Source: a virus
Taxonomy: Duplodnaviria; Caudoviricetes
Virus record (IMG/VR): IMGVR_UViG_2744054987_000003
Location: 1-64,000 of that record
Direction: 5' to 3' (one strand)
Length of the DNA: 64,000 nt
Positions 43,752 through 52,906 of this stretch are shown here, piece by piece (position 1 is the first letter of the stretch; the number at the start of each line of letters is the position of its first letter). Below the pieces are notes generated by a model. That model had not been told where the DNA came from. It saw only the letters and a list, made by a program, of their open reading frames with translations, and made no database searches. A program made the position numbers and the translations under genes.

Positions 43752-46700
43752 CAGGTGACCACGTAAAGCACGCCGGTGGTGCCGCTGGCGGGCAGCGATG
43801 ACCCCATCCACAATCCGGTGGCGGTGCCCGAACCCTGCACCGCGCCATCGGCTTTGGTTCCCTGAGCAGCAGTCGCATAGGCAGTGGAGTCGGTGGTTGC
43901 CGCCGTGCCGAGCCCCAGGCTGCTTCGGGCACTGGAAGCGCTCGTGCCTCCGGTGCCTCCCTTGGTGAGAGGCAGTACGCCCGATACCCCCAGTGTCACA
44001 TTGGCGCTTCCGTCGAAGGTGGGGGAGGCTCCCGAACCGAGGTTCACCGACAGAGTTCGCGCAGTCGAAAGCTCGGTGGCCGTAGCGGCATTGCCTGTGG
44101 TGTCCTGGTTGAGCGTCGGAAAATCCGAAGCACTGGCAACGCTGAATCCAGATGTGCCATTGCCTTTGACGATTCCGCTCAGCGACGTGGTTCCCGTGCC
44201 GCCGTGATTGACCGCCAGCGTACCCGAAAGCTGACTCAAAGCGGTGGGGACCGTCGGTTTGTTCAGGATCGCAGCATCCCCAGAACTGGCGTTCCAATCC
44301 GATTGAACGTTAGCCTCCGCGCCGGAGGCGATGCCCGCCAGCTTAGAGTGATCAGCATTGAGTTGGGCTCCGGTCACGGTGGTGTCAAGGTCGGTCAACG
44401 CGGTCGGAACATTCGGTGTGCCCGAAAGATCGCTGTAGGCACCGGATGTGGCCACCGTGGCAAGATCACCCGGCTGCACGGCGCTCGCCGCCAACGATCC
44501 CTGCGCGGCAGTAGCATAAGCGCTGGAGTCGGTCGCAGCAGCGGTACCGAGTGTGGGTTTGTTCAAGATGGCGGCATCACCGGAGCTGGCGTTCCAGTCC
44601 GATTGCACGTTGGCTTCTGCGCCCGAAGCGATCCCGGCGAGCTTGGCATGGTCGGCGTTGAGTTGCGCGCCGGTGACCGTCGTATCCAGGTCGGTGAGAG
44701 CATCAGGGATTGCGGGTGTGCCCGACAGATCCCCGTACGCGCCGGAGGTGGCGACGGTAGCCAGATCAGCGGGCTGCACCGCTGAATCGGCCTTGGTGCC
44801 CTGCGCTGCTGTCGCATACGCTGTCGCGCTTGTTGTTGCCGCACTTCCCAGCCCATCGATGGCGGCGGCGTTGAGAGCCTGCCAGGTCTTGTCGCCGCGC
44901 CAGTACTGCGCGGTGGTGCCCGCGCCGATCTTGGGTTCTTTGGTGGCATCGGCCACGGTGATGTTGGCGGTGCCGTCGAAGTTCACCCCGTTGATGGCGC
45001 GCGCGGTGGTGAGTTTAGCGGCGCTGGCCACGGACTTGGACGCATCGGCAGTGTTGTCGACGTTGCCCAGGCCGACATCGGATTTGGTCAGCACCACGTC
45101 GCCGGTGCGCCCGGCCACCGACGAGACCGCATCCGAGCCGCCGGAGACCTCCCACACCGAACCGCTGTAGGTGACCCAGTCGCCGACTCCGAACTCGATA
45201 TCACCCGAGCCGAGGTCTTGGGTGCCCGCCACCGAGACGCGATAGACATCGCCGATATTGCCGATGCCATCAGCCAGCGTCGGGGTATTCGTCGAGGCGT
45301 TCCAGACGCCCTGGTATTCCATGACGGTGGCGGGCAGCTGTGAGGCGGGCACTTTACCGCCTGAATCCAGCGAGGCATACCCGCCCGCTGCGCCCTTGTT
45401 CGCGGCGTCTTCGGGAGTGTATCCCAGTGCCGCCTGTTTGCCGTCGAGCTGCGTTTGGATCGAGCTGGTGGCATCGAGGTAGCCCAGCTCGGTTTTCGTG
45501 ACCCCAGCGCCGTGCAGGGCGTTGATCTCCGACGCGGTGGCCGTGATCGACTGCTGCCAGGAGTACAGCGCATTCAGCTGAGTGCCGGTGACCGTGGTGT
45601 CAAGATCGGTCAATGCTGTGGGCAGCGCCGGGGTATTGAGCAGATCAGCGTAATCCCCGCTGGTGGCTACCGTTGAAAGATCACCGGGCTGGACCGCGCT
45701 GTCAGCCAGAGCCCCTTGGGCTGCAGTGGCGTACGCGGTGGAATTGGTGGCTGCTGCGGTCCCGAGGGTGGGCGTACCGGACAGATCGCCGTAGGCACCG
45801 CTCGTAGCGACATCGGCGAGGTCAGCCGGTTGGACCGCACTGTCGGCGAGTGCGCCTTGGGTTGCGGTCGCGAACTCCCCGACGTTGTGGGAGGCGGCGC
45901 TGCCCAGCGTCGGTTTGTTGAGGATCGCCGCGTCGCCGGTGGTCGCATCCCAGTCTGCCTGCACATTAGCTTCGGCCCCGGCAGCGATGCCATCGACCTT
46001 GGTCTTGAGCGCGTTGAGCTGCGCCCCGCTGACCGTGGTATCGAGATCGGTCAAGGCGGCGGGGATGTCGGGCACACCGGACAGGTCGCTGTATGCGCCA
46101 GTGGTGGCCACCGTCGCCAGGTCGGCAGCCTGGATGGCGGTGTCGGCCTTGTCGCCCTGAGTCGCGGTGGCGAAATCGGTTGCGGCATGCGACGAAGCGG
46201 TACCCAACGTGGGTTTGTTGAGGATCTGCGCATCCCCTGATGCGGCATTCCAGTCCGGCTGCACGTTGACTTCAGCACCAGAGGCGATACCTGCCAACTT
46301 CGAATGGTCGGCATTGAGCTGGGCACCAGTGACCGTGGTGTCAAGATCGGTGAGAGCGCCAGGAATCGTCGGTGTGCCCGACAAGTCGGTGTACGCACCG
46401 GACGTAGCCACTGTCGCCAAATCGCCTGGCTGGACAGACGAATCGGCCAGTGCCCCCTGTGCGCTAGTCGCGAAATCGGTTGCAGCATGAGTGGCTGCGG
46501 TGCCAAGTGAACTGGCATCAACTTTGGCGTCAAGGGCGGTCTTGAGGTCAGTTTGATTAGCCAGCGTGCCGGTGATATCACCCCACACGGCACCCGTGTC
46601 GGCAGGAGTATCGACAAGATCGTTGTAGGAGCCGGAAGTGGCCACCGCCGCGAGGTCACCTGGTTGCACAGCACTGTCGGCGGTGGCCCCTTGGCTGGCG

Positions 46701-47503
46701 GTGGCGAAGTCGGTGGCGGCATGGCTTGCCGCGCTGCCTAACGCAGGCTTGTTGAGGATCGCAGCATCCCCGCTGGAGGCATCCCAGTCGGGCTGGACGT
46801 TAGCTTCGGCCCCCGACGCTATCCCGGCAAGTTTGGTGTGGTCAGCGTCGAGCTGCGCGCCGGTAACGCTGGTGTCGAGATCAGTCAAGGCGTCGGGAAT
46901 CGCAGGGGTGCCCGACAGGTCGCTGTATGCGCCGGTGGTGGCGACACTCGCCAAGTCCGGCTTGTTGAGGATCTCGCTGACCCCGGAGGTGGCGTTCCAG
47001 TCGGAGTTGACCTGCGCGGCTGGGATGCTCGGGGTGCCGGTCAGGTCATCGTAGGCTCCGGTGGTGGCGACAGTGGCCAGATCAGCTGGCTGAACCGCCG
47101 AGTCCGCTGTCGCACCCTGAGCAGCAGTAGCGAAATCGGTGGCGGCGTGCGTCGAGGCGGTGCCCAAAGAACTGGTGTCGGCCTTGGCATCCAGCGCCGT
47201 CTTGAGATCGGTCTGGTCTGTCAGGGTGCCGGTGATGTCGCCCCAGACCGCAGCGGTGTCTGCAGGCGTATCGACAAGGTCGTTGTAGGAGCCGCTGGTA
47301 GCGACATCGGCCAAATCGCTCGGTTCGACGTAGATCGCATCGAGGGCTTCGCGGGTATCCGAATCAGACTGATTGATCAATCCGACAAGGGTGGGTTCGG
47401 TCAGGCCACCGCCGGTGGCCGCAGTCACCTGGGCGTCGACGTAGCCCTTGGTGGCGGCTTCGCTGTTGGATGTGGGCGCAGGCCCGAGTAGTTCGCGTGC
47501 CAT
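43751..47503 (-). CDS. Long tail-fibre-like protein (1250 aa)
   Basis: LLGP...ATKGYVD N-terminus; many LATVAT[ST]G-x-Y-x-DL-x-x-x-P and ATAAQG-x-x-ADSAVQP repeats; YQGVWNASTNTPTL; VSSVAGRTG-x-V. Confidence 0.82.
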   Translation of the reverse strand: MARELLGPAPTSNSEAATKGYVDAQVTAATGGGLTEPTLVGLINQSDSDTREALDAIYVEPSDLADVATSGSYNDLVDTPADTAAVWGDITGTLTDQTDLKTALDAKADTSSLGTASTHAATDFATAAQGATADSAVQPADLATVATTGAYDDLTGTPSIPAAQVNSDWNATSGVSEILNKPDLASVATTGAYSDLSGTPAIPDALTDLDTSVTGAQLDADHTKLAGIASGAEANVQPDWDASSGDAAILNKPALGSAASHAATDFATASQGATADSAVQPGDLAAVATSGSYNDLVDTPADTGAVWGDITGTLANQTDLKTALDAKVDASSLGTAATHAATDFATSAQGALADSSVQPGDLATVATSGAYTDLSGTPTIPGALTDLDTTVTGAQLNADHSKLAGIASGAEVNVQPDWNAASGDAQILNKPTLGTASSHAATDFATATQGDKADTAIQAADLATVATTGAYSDLSGVPDIPAALTDLDTTVSGAQLNALKTKVDGIAAGAEANVQADWDATTGDAAILNKPTLGSAASHNVGEFATATQGALADSAVQPADLADVATSGAYGDLSGTPTLGTAAATNSTAYATAAQGALADSAVQPGDLSTVATSGDYADLLNTPALPTALTDLDTTVTGTQLNALYSWQQSITATASEINALHGAGVTKTELGYLDATSSIQTQLDGKQAALGYTPEDAANKGAAGGYASLDSGGKVPASQLPATVMEYQGVWNASTNTPTLADGIGNIGDVYRVSVAGTQDLGSGDIEFGVGDWVTYSGSVWEVSGGSDAVSSVAGRTGDVVLTKSDVGLGNVDNTADASKSVASAAKLTTARAINGVNFDGTANITVADATKEPKIGAGTTAQYWRGDKTWQALNAAAIDGLGSAATTSATAYATAAQGTKADSAVQPADLATVATSGAYGDLSGTPAIPDALTDLDTTVTGAQLNADHAKLAGIASGAEANVQSDWNASSGDAAILNKPTLGTAAATDSSAYATAAQGSLAASAVQPGDLATVATSGAYSDLSGTPNVPTALTDLDTTVTGAQLNADHSKLAGIASGAEANVQSDWNASSGDAAILNKPTVPTALSQLSGTLAVNHGGTGTTSLSGIVKGNGTSGFSVASASDFPTLNQDTTGNAATATELSTARTLSVNLGSGASPTFDGSANVTLGVSGVLPLTKGGTGGTSASSARSSLGLGTAATTDSTAYATAAQGTKADGAVQGSGTATGLWMGSSLPASGTTGVLYVVT
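44260..47300 (-). repeat. Modular coding repeats within the fibre gene
   Basis: LTDLDTTVTGAQLNADH-x-KLAGIASGAE-x-NVQ-x-DW-x-A-x-SGDA-x-ILNKP occurs about 5 times. Confidence 0.8.
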
Positions 47504-47938
47504 CTAAGCCGCCTCGCGATCGCATACGAAGTTGATTTGGGTGGCGTAGCAGGCCATGTCGGCCTGGCAGTTGACGTGCGCGGCGTAGCGCACACTGTGG
47601 CCAGTGACTGCTTCGACGAAGTGGTCATGGCGAAACGGGTTGTAGGTGATGCGTTGCGCCCAGCCGAACTCGGCCCAGTCGCCCAGGACCACGGGCAGCG
47701 GCATGCCGGTGATGAAGGCATGCACATTGCGGGTGCGAGTCTTGCGGGCGCGCTCCTGCCCGCCGGGCTGCACGACGAACTCGGCGTCACGCAACGCGAT
47801 CGAACTTGCGTAGCCGATGGTTTTGCCCTTGTGGGGGCCGTCGCAGGCGCGGACACTCCAGGCATCGCGGTGTAGATTGCGATGCACGCTGACCCTGCCG
47901 CCGGTGTAGGCGCGGTTTTTGTAGGCGGTGAACTGCAT
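47504..47938 (-). CDS. Conserved phage hypothetical protein
   Basis: VHRNLH...WSV...F-x-V...NVHAF...YNP. Confidence 0.65.
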   Translation of the reverse strand: MQFTAYKNRAYTGGRVSVHRNLHRDAWSVRACDGPHKGKTIGYASSIALRDAEFVVQPGGQERARKTRTRNVHAFITGMPLPVVLGDWAEFGWAQRITYNPFRHDHFVEAVTGHSVRYAAHVNCQADMACYATQINFVCDREAA

Positions 47939-47948
47939 AACCGCTTCC

Positions 47949-48758
47949 CTACGACACCGCTTGCAGAGACGCCCACAGCGTGCCGACCGCATCGCCGACA
48001 GGCCCGCTGCGCCAGATCGTCGTGAGGCCGGTACGGGTATCGGGTGCGAACGCATGGATGTCGAGACCGGGATACATGTTGTGCTGGATGAACAGCCCGA
48101 GGATATTGGCCCCGTCGTTCCAGTCGGCGTAGCCATCCCCAGCGATGGTGAAGATGTCGGTGGGGTACAGATCGGTGGGGGTCTGCAGAGGATCGAAGCC
48201 ATCGAGTCCGACCCATTGGCCGTAGCCGGTGCTCTCGACGATGCTGCGCACCGCGTCGTGCAGTGCTGAAGGAAAGACCTCGTCGAGCCAGCCGAGTAGC
48301 TCGGGGAAAATTCCGCCGGGTGCGGCGGGATCACCGAACAGCACGAAGTGCAGGGACTGCGAGGGGATTCCGGCGTCGGCCAGGTCACCCATGAGCATCG
48401 AGATGATCGACGCCGACTGGGAGTAGCCGACCACCCACAACACGCCGCTGTCGAGTTCCCCGGCCTGGAACCGGTGAACGATCTCGGTGTAGAGCAGCTG
48501 CTTGCCGGTGGCGATCGAGTCAAGTTGCGTGGTTTCAGGGGTCCAGAACGCTTGATAGTCACCGGCGAATCCGAGCGGGCTGAGATAGCCCGTGACGAAG
48601 GCGTTCATCATCCCGTCGGTAGGCACGGGGAATCCGCTCGGTCCCAGGATCAGGGCGTGGTCGGCGGGGCCGGGGGAATCAGCGACGGCCTTCGGCGCGC
48701 AAGACATAAGCACCAGCGCAACACACAGCGCCATCAGAAGACGTGCGACAGACTGCAT
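47949..48758 (-). CDS. Secreted/lipoprotein PE-PPE-domain serine hydrolase (second copy)
   Basis: Signal peptide with Cys; ALILGPSG-x-P, WTPE, GYSQSA, FVLFGDP, DGYADW, H-x-x-Y. Confidence 0.82.
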   Translation of the reverse strand: MQSVARLLMALCVALVLMSCAPKAVADSPGPADHALILGPSGFPVPTDGMMNAFVTGYLSPLGFAGDYQAFWTPETTQLDSIATGKQLLYTEIVHRFQAGELDSGVLWVVGYSQSASIISMLMGDLADAGIPSQSLHFVLFGDPAAPGGIFPELLGWLDEVFPSALHDAVRSIVESTGYGQWVGLDGFDPLQTPTDLYPTDIFTIAGDGYADWNDGANILGLFIQHNMYPGLDIHAFAPDTRTGLTTIWRSGPVGDAVGTLWASLQAVS

Positions 48759-48765
48759 GGGCGGG

Positions 48766-48784
48766 CCTCCTCACCTATTTCAGG
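48766..48784 (-). promoter_or_regulatory. Late-type motif plus SD (CCTGAAATAGGTGAGGAGG)
   Basis: Copy of the recurring motif. Confidence 0.6.
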
Positions 48785-48793
48785 TGTGAAGGC

Positions 48794-49066
48794 TTAGCCC
48801 ACGCGCGGATGGTAGTTCTCGTCGACGACCAGCGCCGCATACGGCGCAGACTTGGCGTAGCCCTCAACGTAGACGCCGCCCCTGCTGCGTCCGGTGCGTC
48901 CGTTGAGGATGTCGACCTGACGTTGCGCGGCGCGGGTGGCATTGGACTCGGTCTCGTAGGTGTCGGGGGAGGCTGCTGCGGCCATCCCGTTGCGTGAGAC
49001 CTGCGTCCACGCCCAGTTCTTTCCAGCACGGTGGACGATGATGCGGTGCGGTACTGATGCGCTCAT
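48794..49066 (-). CDS. Small protein (DUF1508/YegP-like)
   Basis: W-x-W...NG...S-x-x-x-Y...NA-x-RAA. Confidence 0.5.
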   Translation of the reverse strand: MSASVPHRIIVHRAGKNWAWTQVSRNGMAAAASPDTYETESNATRAAQRQVDILNGRTGRSRGGVYVEGYAKSAPYAALVVDENYHPRVG

Positions 49067-49073
49067 GGTGATG

Positions 49074-49091
49074 CCTCCTCACCTATTCAGG
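49074..49091 (-). promoter_or_regulatory. Late-type motif plus SD (CCTGAATAGGTGAGGAGG, consensus)
   Basis: Copy of the recurring motif. Confidence 0.62.
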
Positions 49092-49135
49092 TTTTGGAGA
49101 CTGCCAGAGCTTGGCGTACAAGAGTTGTCGTAGTG

Positions 49136-49324
49136 TCAGCATTTAACCTCGCAACAGTCGGGGCAGTCGTCTTGGCAGTCGTGGTCCCACTCTCGGAACA
49201 CACATCCCATACACTTCCGGTCATCGCAGTTCCGGCAGGAACTGTGTTGCCCGGGACAGTGCCAATCTCCGTCTACGTGTTTGGGGTGGATCTCATCTCT
49301 GTCACATAGTCCATGGATGCTCAC
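49136..49324 (-). CDS. Cys-rich small protein
   Basis: 11 Cys in 62 aa; GTGA coupling. Confidence 0.5.
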   Translation of the reverse strand: MSIHGLCDRDEIHPKHVDGDWHCPGQHSSCRNCDDRKCMGCVFREWDHDCQDDCPDCCEVKC

Positions 49325-49701
49325 TGGTCACCCCGCAGCACAGCCTCGATGACCTTAATGTGATCGTCTAACGCGGCGCGGTATTCTCCGTGGATCAGCG
49401 TCAACGTCTGTGCTTTCCATAGCTGCACAACCCGGTCGAGCGCACCCCTCAACCGCTCGACCTCGGCCAGCAGCTCCGGCACCAGCGTGCGGGCAGCAGC
49501 GATGAACCGGGCGTCCCTCCGGTCTATTCCGCTGGACGAGAGGAAAACTGGAGCCGAACCATGCACGTCGGGATAGACGCCGCCTCGGATGCAGCTACTT
49601 CCATCCTCGTAGTCGATTCCGTCGAGTAGCGATGCGCGCCACGGCCCCTCGGTGACTCCTTCCAGTGCCGCGGTGGCGCGGGCGATCACGTCATCGGTCA
49701 T
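49321..49701 (-). CDS. Ead/Ea22-like protein
   Basis: TEGPW...DARFIAAAR-x-x-VP-x-LLAEVERL. Confidence 0.7.
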   Translation of the reverse strand: MTDDVIARATAALEGVTEGPWRASLLDGIDYEDGSSCIRGGVYPDVHGSAPVFLSSSGIDRRDARFIAAARTLVPELLAEVERLRGALDRVVQLWKAQTLTLIHGEYRAALDDHIKVIEAVLRGDQ

Positions 49702-49931
49702 GGCCGTGTCTCCTCAAGCTTTCGAGCGAGCAGGTCAACCAGTCGGATCAACGCGGGTACATCGTCGGCCGCTAGGTCATGCAGTGCGTTCTCATGCGTC
49801 GAGGCACCGCAACGGCATTCGTTCGTCTCGATGCGATGCAGACGCTCTTGAATCTGGTCAATAGTTCGAGGCGCGTAGGGGCTCCCGCCGACGACGCACT
49901 CGGACAGCAGCCTGTCGACATATCGGCTCAT
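49698..49931 (-). CDS. Hypothetical protein
   Basis: Coupled ORF; DVPALI. Confidence 0.5.
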   Translation of the reverse strand: MSRYVDRLLSECVVGGSPYAPRTIDQIQERLHRIETNECRCGASTHENALHDLAADDVPALIRLVDLLARKLEETRP

Positions 49932-50239
49932 CGCTCACCGCCGGGAGACCACAGGACGGTTGCGGGGAGGTCGATCGCGTCAGACCACCGTTGCCCTTCC
50001 CATCCAGGTTGATACCACCGTCGGGCCGTCGCCTTCTCGTAGACATACCGAGAGTCATCGCGCACCACAGAGTCCTCCGGCAGAGCATCTAGCTGCTCCA
50101 CCGTCTCGATCCGCCGCCGGTAGTGCTGCTCGGCGGCAGCAGCGATCAGGGCGGCGACATCCTCCCGTGACGACCCAGAGCCGAGCCGCCATGAGTGGCC
50201 GTGCAGGATTTCGGCGATGCGGGCGGTGAGGTCAGTCAT
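49928..50239 (-). CDS. Hypothetical mycobacteriophage protein
   Basis: IETVEQLDALP-x-x-SVV...LPATVLW-x-P. Confidence 0.6.
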   Translation of the reverse strand: MTDLTARIAEILHGHSWRLGSGSSREDVAALIAAAAEQHYRRRIETVEQLDALPEDSVVRDDSRYVYEKATARRWYQPGWEGQRWSDAIDLPATVLWSPGGER

Positions 50240-50354
50240 CAGAGCAGCCACCTAGTAATGAGTTCAATCAGGGCCATGAGCACAACGGCAATCAGTCCAA
50301 TACCTCCCGCGAATGCGAGGGCGAATAGCAAGACCTCCCAGATACTCGGTTCGC

Positions 50355-50711
50355 TCACTTCTCGCTCCGTTCTTCTGGTGTCCAGCCGGAAACCCAGCGG
50401 GATGAGATTCGATGTTCGTGCAGTGGATTGACTCCGCTGAGCCGATTGGCTCTTGCTTCGTCCAACGCCCGGAACTCCCGCACCACGCCCCACGGCGTGT
50501 ATTGCCGTGCGAGTCCTCCGAGGGCGGCGTCAACCATCTCGGCGACGTGCGGCGGATGCTCGTCGTAGGTGCATGGATCATCGCAGCGGCAACGGTCTTC
50601 GTACTTGCGCCACTGGTGCGCCCGCAGCACGCCCGCGATGACGGCAACAGCGGAGCTGGTGCCTATAGGGTTCGATCCTCCGGTCGATCCCGCCTGCTGT
50701 GCGTCACTCAT
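50355..50711 (-). CDS. Hypothetical protein
   Basis: C-x-C...H-x-x-HVA...RWVSGW. Confidence 0.55.
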   Translation of the reverse strand: MSDAQQAGSTGGSNPIGTSSAVAVIAGVLRAHQWRKYEDRCRCDDPCTYDEHPPHVAEMVDAALGGLARQYTPWGVVREFRALDEARANRLSGVNPLHEHRISSRWVSGWTPEERSEK

Positions 50712-51051
50712 CGCCCACCGCCTCTGCTGCTTTGGCTGCGGCCAGGAGCGCGGCGGCAAGGCTGCGGGCATCCTCGGCGCAGTTGACCGGGTTGGATGTA
50801 CCCGTGAATGCGATCAGCCCATCCGTCTTGCGGATCGACACCTCGCCGTCGTCTATACGTCTGTCACCCCAATGCTGAGCGACTGGCCATGCGAGCGCGC
50901 TTCCGTCCCAGCGGAGATGCGCCTCCGGCAGCTTCACCACCTCGTAGCCTGCGGCGGTGAGTGCGGCGAGGATGTGAGTCGCCCATGTTGTCGTGGTGCC
51001 GTAGCGGACCTCCAACGCACCCGCGATGACCTCTATCGCCTTGTCACTCAT
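50704..51051 (-). CDS. Hypothetical protein
   Basis: GY-x-VV-x-LP...ARSLAAALLAAA. Confidence 0.55.
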   Translation of the reverse strand: MSDKAIEVIAGALEVRYGTTTTWATHILAALTAAGYEVVKLPEAHLRWDGSALAWPVAQHWGDRRIDDGEVSIRKTDGLIAFTGTSNPVNCAEDARSLAAALLAAAKAAEAVGDE

Positions 51052-51236
51052 GCGCCCTCTCCTTCTGAACATGCCGGGCAGGCGTCGATGCGCATCTGGT
51101 TGTGGATGGAATGGCGAGGACGTGTCCAGCCATTGAGTCTGGCCTCAGCACGAGCACGGGTTGCCTTGTCGTAATCGGTCTCGAAGTCCACGCCGCACCG
51201 ATCGCAGCGCACGACATAGCACACCAAGGCCGTCAT
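51048..51236 (-). CDS. Zn-ribbon small protein
   Basis: CDRC...GW...CPAC. Confidence 0.55.
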   Translation of the reverse strand: MTALVCYVVRCDRCGVDFETDYDKATRARAEARLNGWTRPRHSIHNQMRIDACPACSEGEGA

Positions 51237-51778
51237 TGTGGCTCCTCTGCGTCCGGTGAATGCTGCGGCACGCCCCATGCCTTAGTGATGTCCTGAGCCA
51301 GCGCTTCATTGCGACCAATCTCAACCTTCACCCCCGTCCCGCCTCGTGCTCCGGCGTAGCCCCGCCAAACCCCGGTCTCGACGATGACCGCGTCGACCAA
51401 CAGTTCGGCGGCACCGAGCAGGTGGGTGATCTTCTCGTCGTTGTGGGCGTAATCGTTGCGCGCGGCGTCAAGTGCTTTGCGCAACGCGCTGCGGGCGAAC
51501 GTCAGGTGTCCACCAGCGTTGTCGAGCTGACTGACGACAAACTCGGCGCGTTCTTTGCTTGGCCCGGCTGGGAGCTGGTCACCTGGGGGATTTGGACGCA
51601 CGGCACCCGACGACGACTCAGTGCCCTCCCCCAGGTCGTTACCGTCGCCACGACCAGCCTTCTCGATGGCGTCGGCCAGGTTCTTGATGGCGTAGCGCAG
51701 GTTCTCCAGGATGTATTCGTGAGAGCCGCCTCCGGCGTGGTCGGCAAGCCGACGGGCCTCGGCGAGGTGATCGGTCAC
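51233..51778 (-). CDS. Hypothetical protein
   Basis: GTGA coupling. Confidence 0.55.
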   Translation of the reverse strand: MTDHLAEARRLADHAGGGSHEYILENLRYAIKNLADAIEKAGRGDGNDLGEGTESSSGAVRPNPPGDQLPAGPSKERAEFVVSQLDNAGGHLTFARSALRKALDAARNDYAHNDEKITHLLGAAELLVDAVIVETGVWRGYAGARGGTGVKVEIGRNEALAQDITKAWGVPQHSPDAEEPQ

Positions 51779-52506
51779 CAGGCCGCCACCTTCGCAACGT
51801 CCTCGGTGGCGGCGACGAGCGCATTCACCAGCGCGGGCAGGTCCGACTTGCCGTCGGCGTCAGCGACGGCCCTGGCCGCACGTAGCGCCGCGTACTTGAG
51901 ACGAAACCACTCGTTGCTGTCCACCATGATGGGCAGCGGCTTGGCGCGTTCGGCGGCATCGGCCCTGCGTTCGGAGTCGAGCTGTTCCTGCCAGACGCGA
52001 AGGTGTTCACGCCGCTCAGCGGTCAGCCATAGCGCCAGTGCCGGGTCGGCCAAAAACACCTTGACGCGCTCGGTGAGGGTGCGCCCCCTGCCGTCTTTGG
52101 TGAACAGCTCGCCGTTAGAATCACGGCCAGTGACCAACCACAGCGCGCAGAGTTCTTCCGAGCTGTACTTGCTGGGTCGCGCCAGCGACAGCTCGCGGTC
52201 GAAATCGTAGCGCTGCTCGCCCAGCGGGTGCTGCTTGTTGCCGCGCTCATCGACGTAGGTCACGGTGAGGCCGTGCAGCCGGTCGCCGTAGGTGACGCTC
52301 CAGCTATTGCTGCCCCTGACCTGGAAGTCGAACTCGACACGCCACTGCCCGCCGTCGGGGGCGTCGTGCAGCCACACATACGGATTCTGAACCTCATCAC
52401 CCCGGATGATGCGCTGAAGCGTCGCAGTGGGGTCCAGCCGCCAGCCGTTGTCCTTGGCGACGTGCGCGAGCTGGTCGTACCTAGTCTGTTTGGTCTGAGC
52501 ACTCAT
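51775..52506 (-). CDS. Hypothetical protein, leaderless
   Basis: TGG-TAGACT extended -10 lies 6 nt before the ATG. Confidence 0.6.
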   Translation of the reverse strand: MSAQTKQTRYDQLAHVAKDNGWRLDPTATLQRIIRGDEVQNPYVWLHDAPDGGQWRVEFDFQVRGSNSWSVTYGDRLHGLTVTYVDERGNKQHPLGEQRYDFDRELSLARPSKYSSEELCALWLVTGRDSNGELFTKDGRGRTLTERVKVFLADPALALWLTAERREHLRVWQEQLDSERRADAAERAKPLPIMVDSNEWFRLKYAALRAARAVADADGKSDLPALVNALVAATEDVAKVAAW

Positions 52507-52720
52507 GCAGCCAGTCTACCACAGGTCTCTAGATTCAACACAGTGAATGTCTAGTGCCATCCATAGCGCCCATCGACGCTCCAGTCGCGTTGAGAGACCC
52601 GGTACTGCTTGTCGCGAAAGTGAACCGGCTCGCCCACGGCAGGCACCGCGTCAACGGTGCCCGACCAGCTGGGAAACTTCCCTATCTGAGCTGGTTCGTC
52701 AGCGATGAGATAGCAGTGCA

Positions 52721-52906
52721 TCAGGCTGACGTCTTCCCGACTTCGTCGTTGAGTGCTGCCGCCACTGCCGTGAGGTACTGGCGCATCTGCTCTTTGGGGC
52801 TGTCGTTGTTGAACGGCGTGAGGCGGACCTCGCCGGACATCACCACGCCGTCGACAACGACGATCGGTGCCATCCCAATGTAGGCATCGTTTTCATTGAC
52901 CGTCAT
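52721..52906 (-). CDS. Hypothetical protein
   Basis: ATGA coupling. Confidence 0.45.
   Translation of the reverse strand: MTVNENDAYIGMAPIVVVDGVVMSGEVRLTPFNNDSPKEQMRQYLTAVAAALNDEVGKTSA

Noticed and set aside
44200-47300. CRISPR array or DGR template/variable repeat
   Set aside because: The repeats are in-frame degenerate coding modules with no unique spacers; no cas or reverse transcriptase gene in the window
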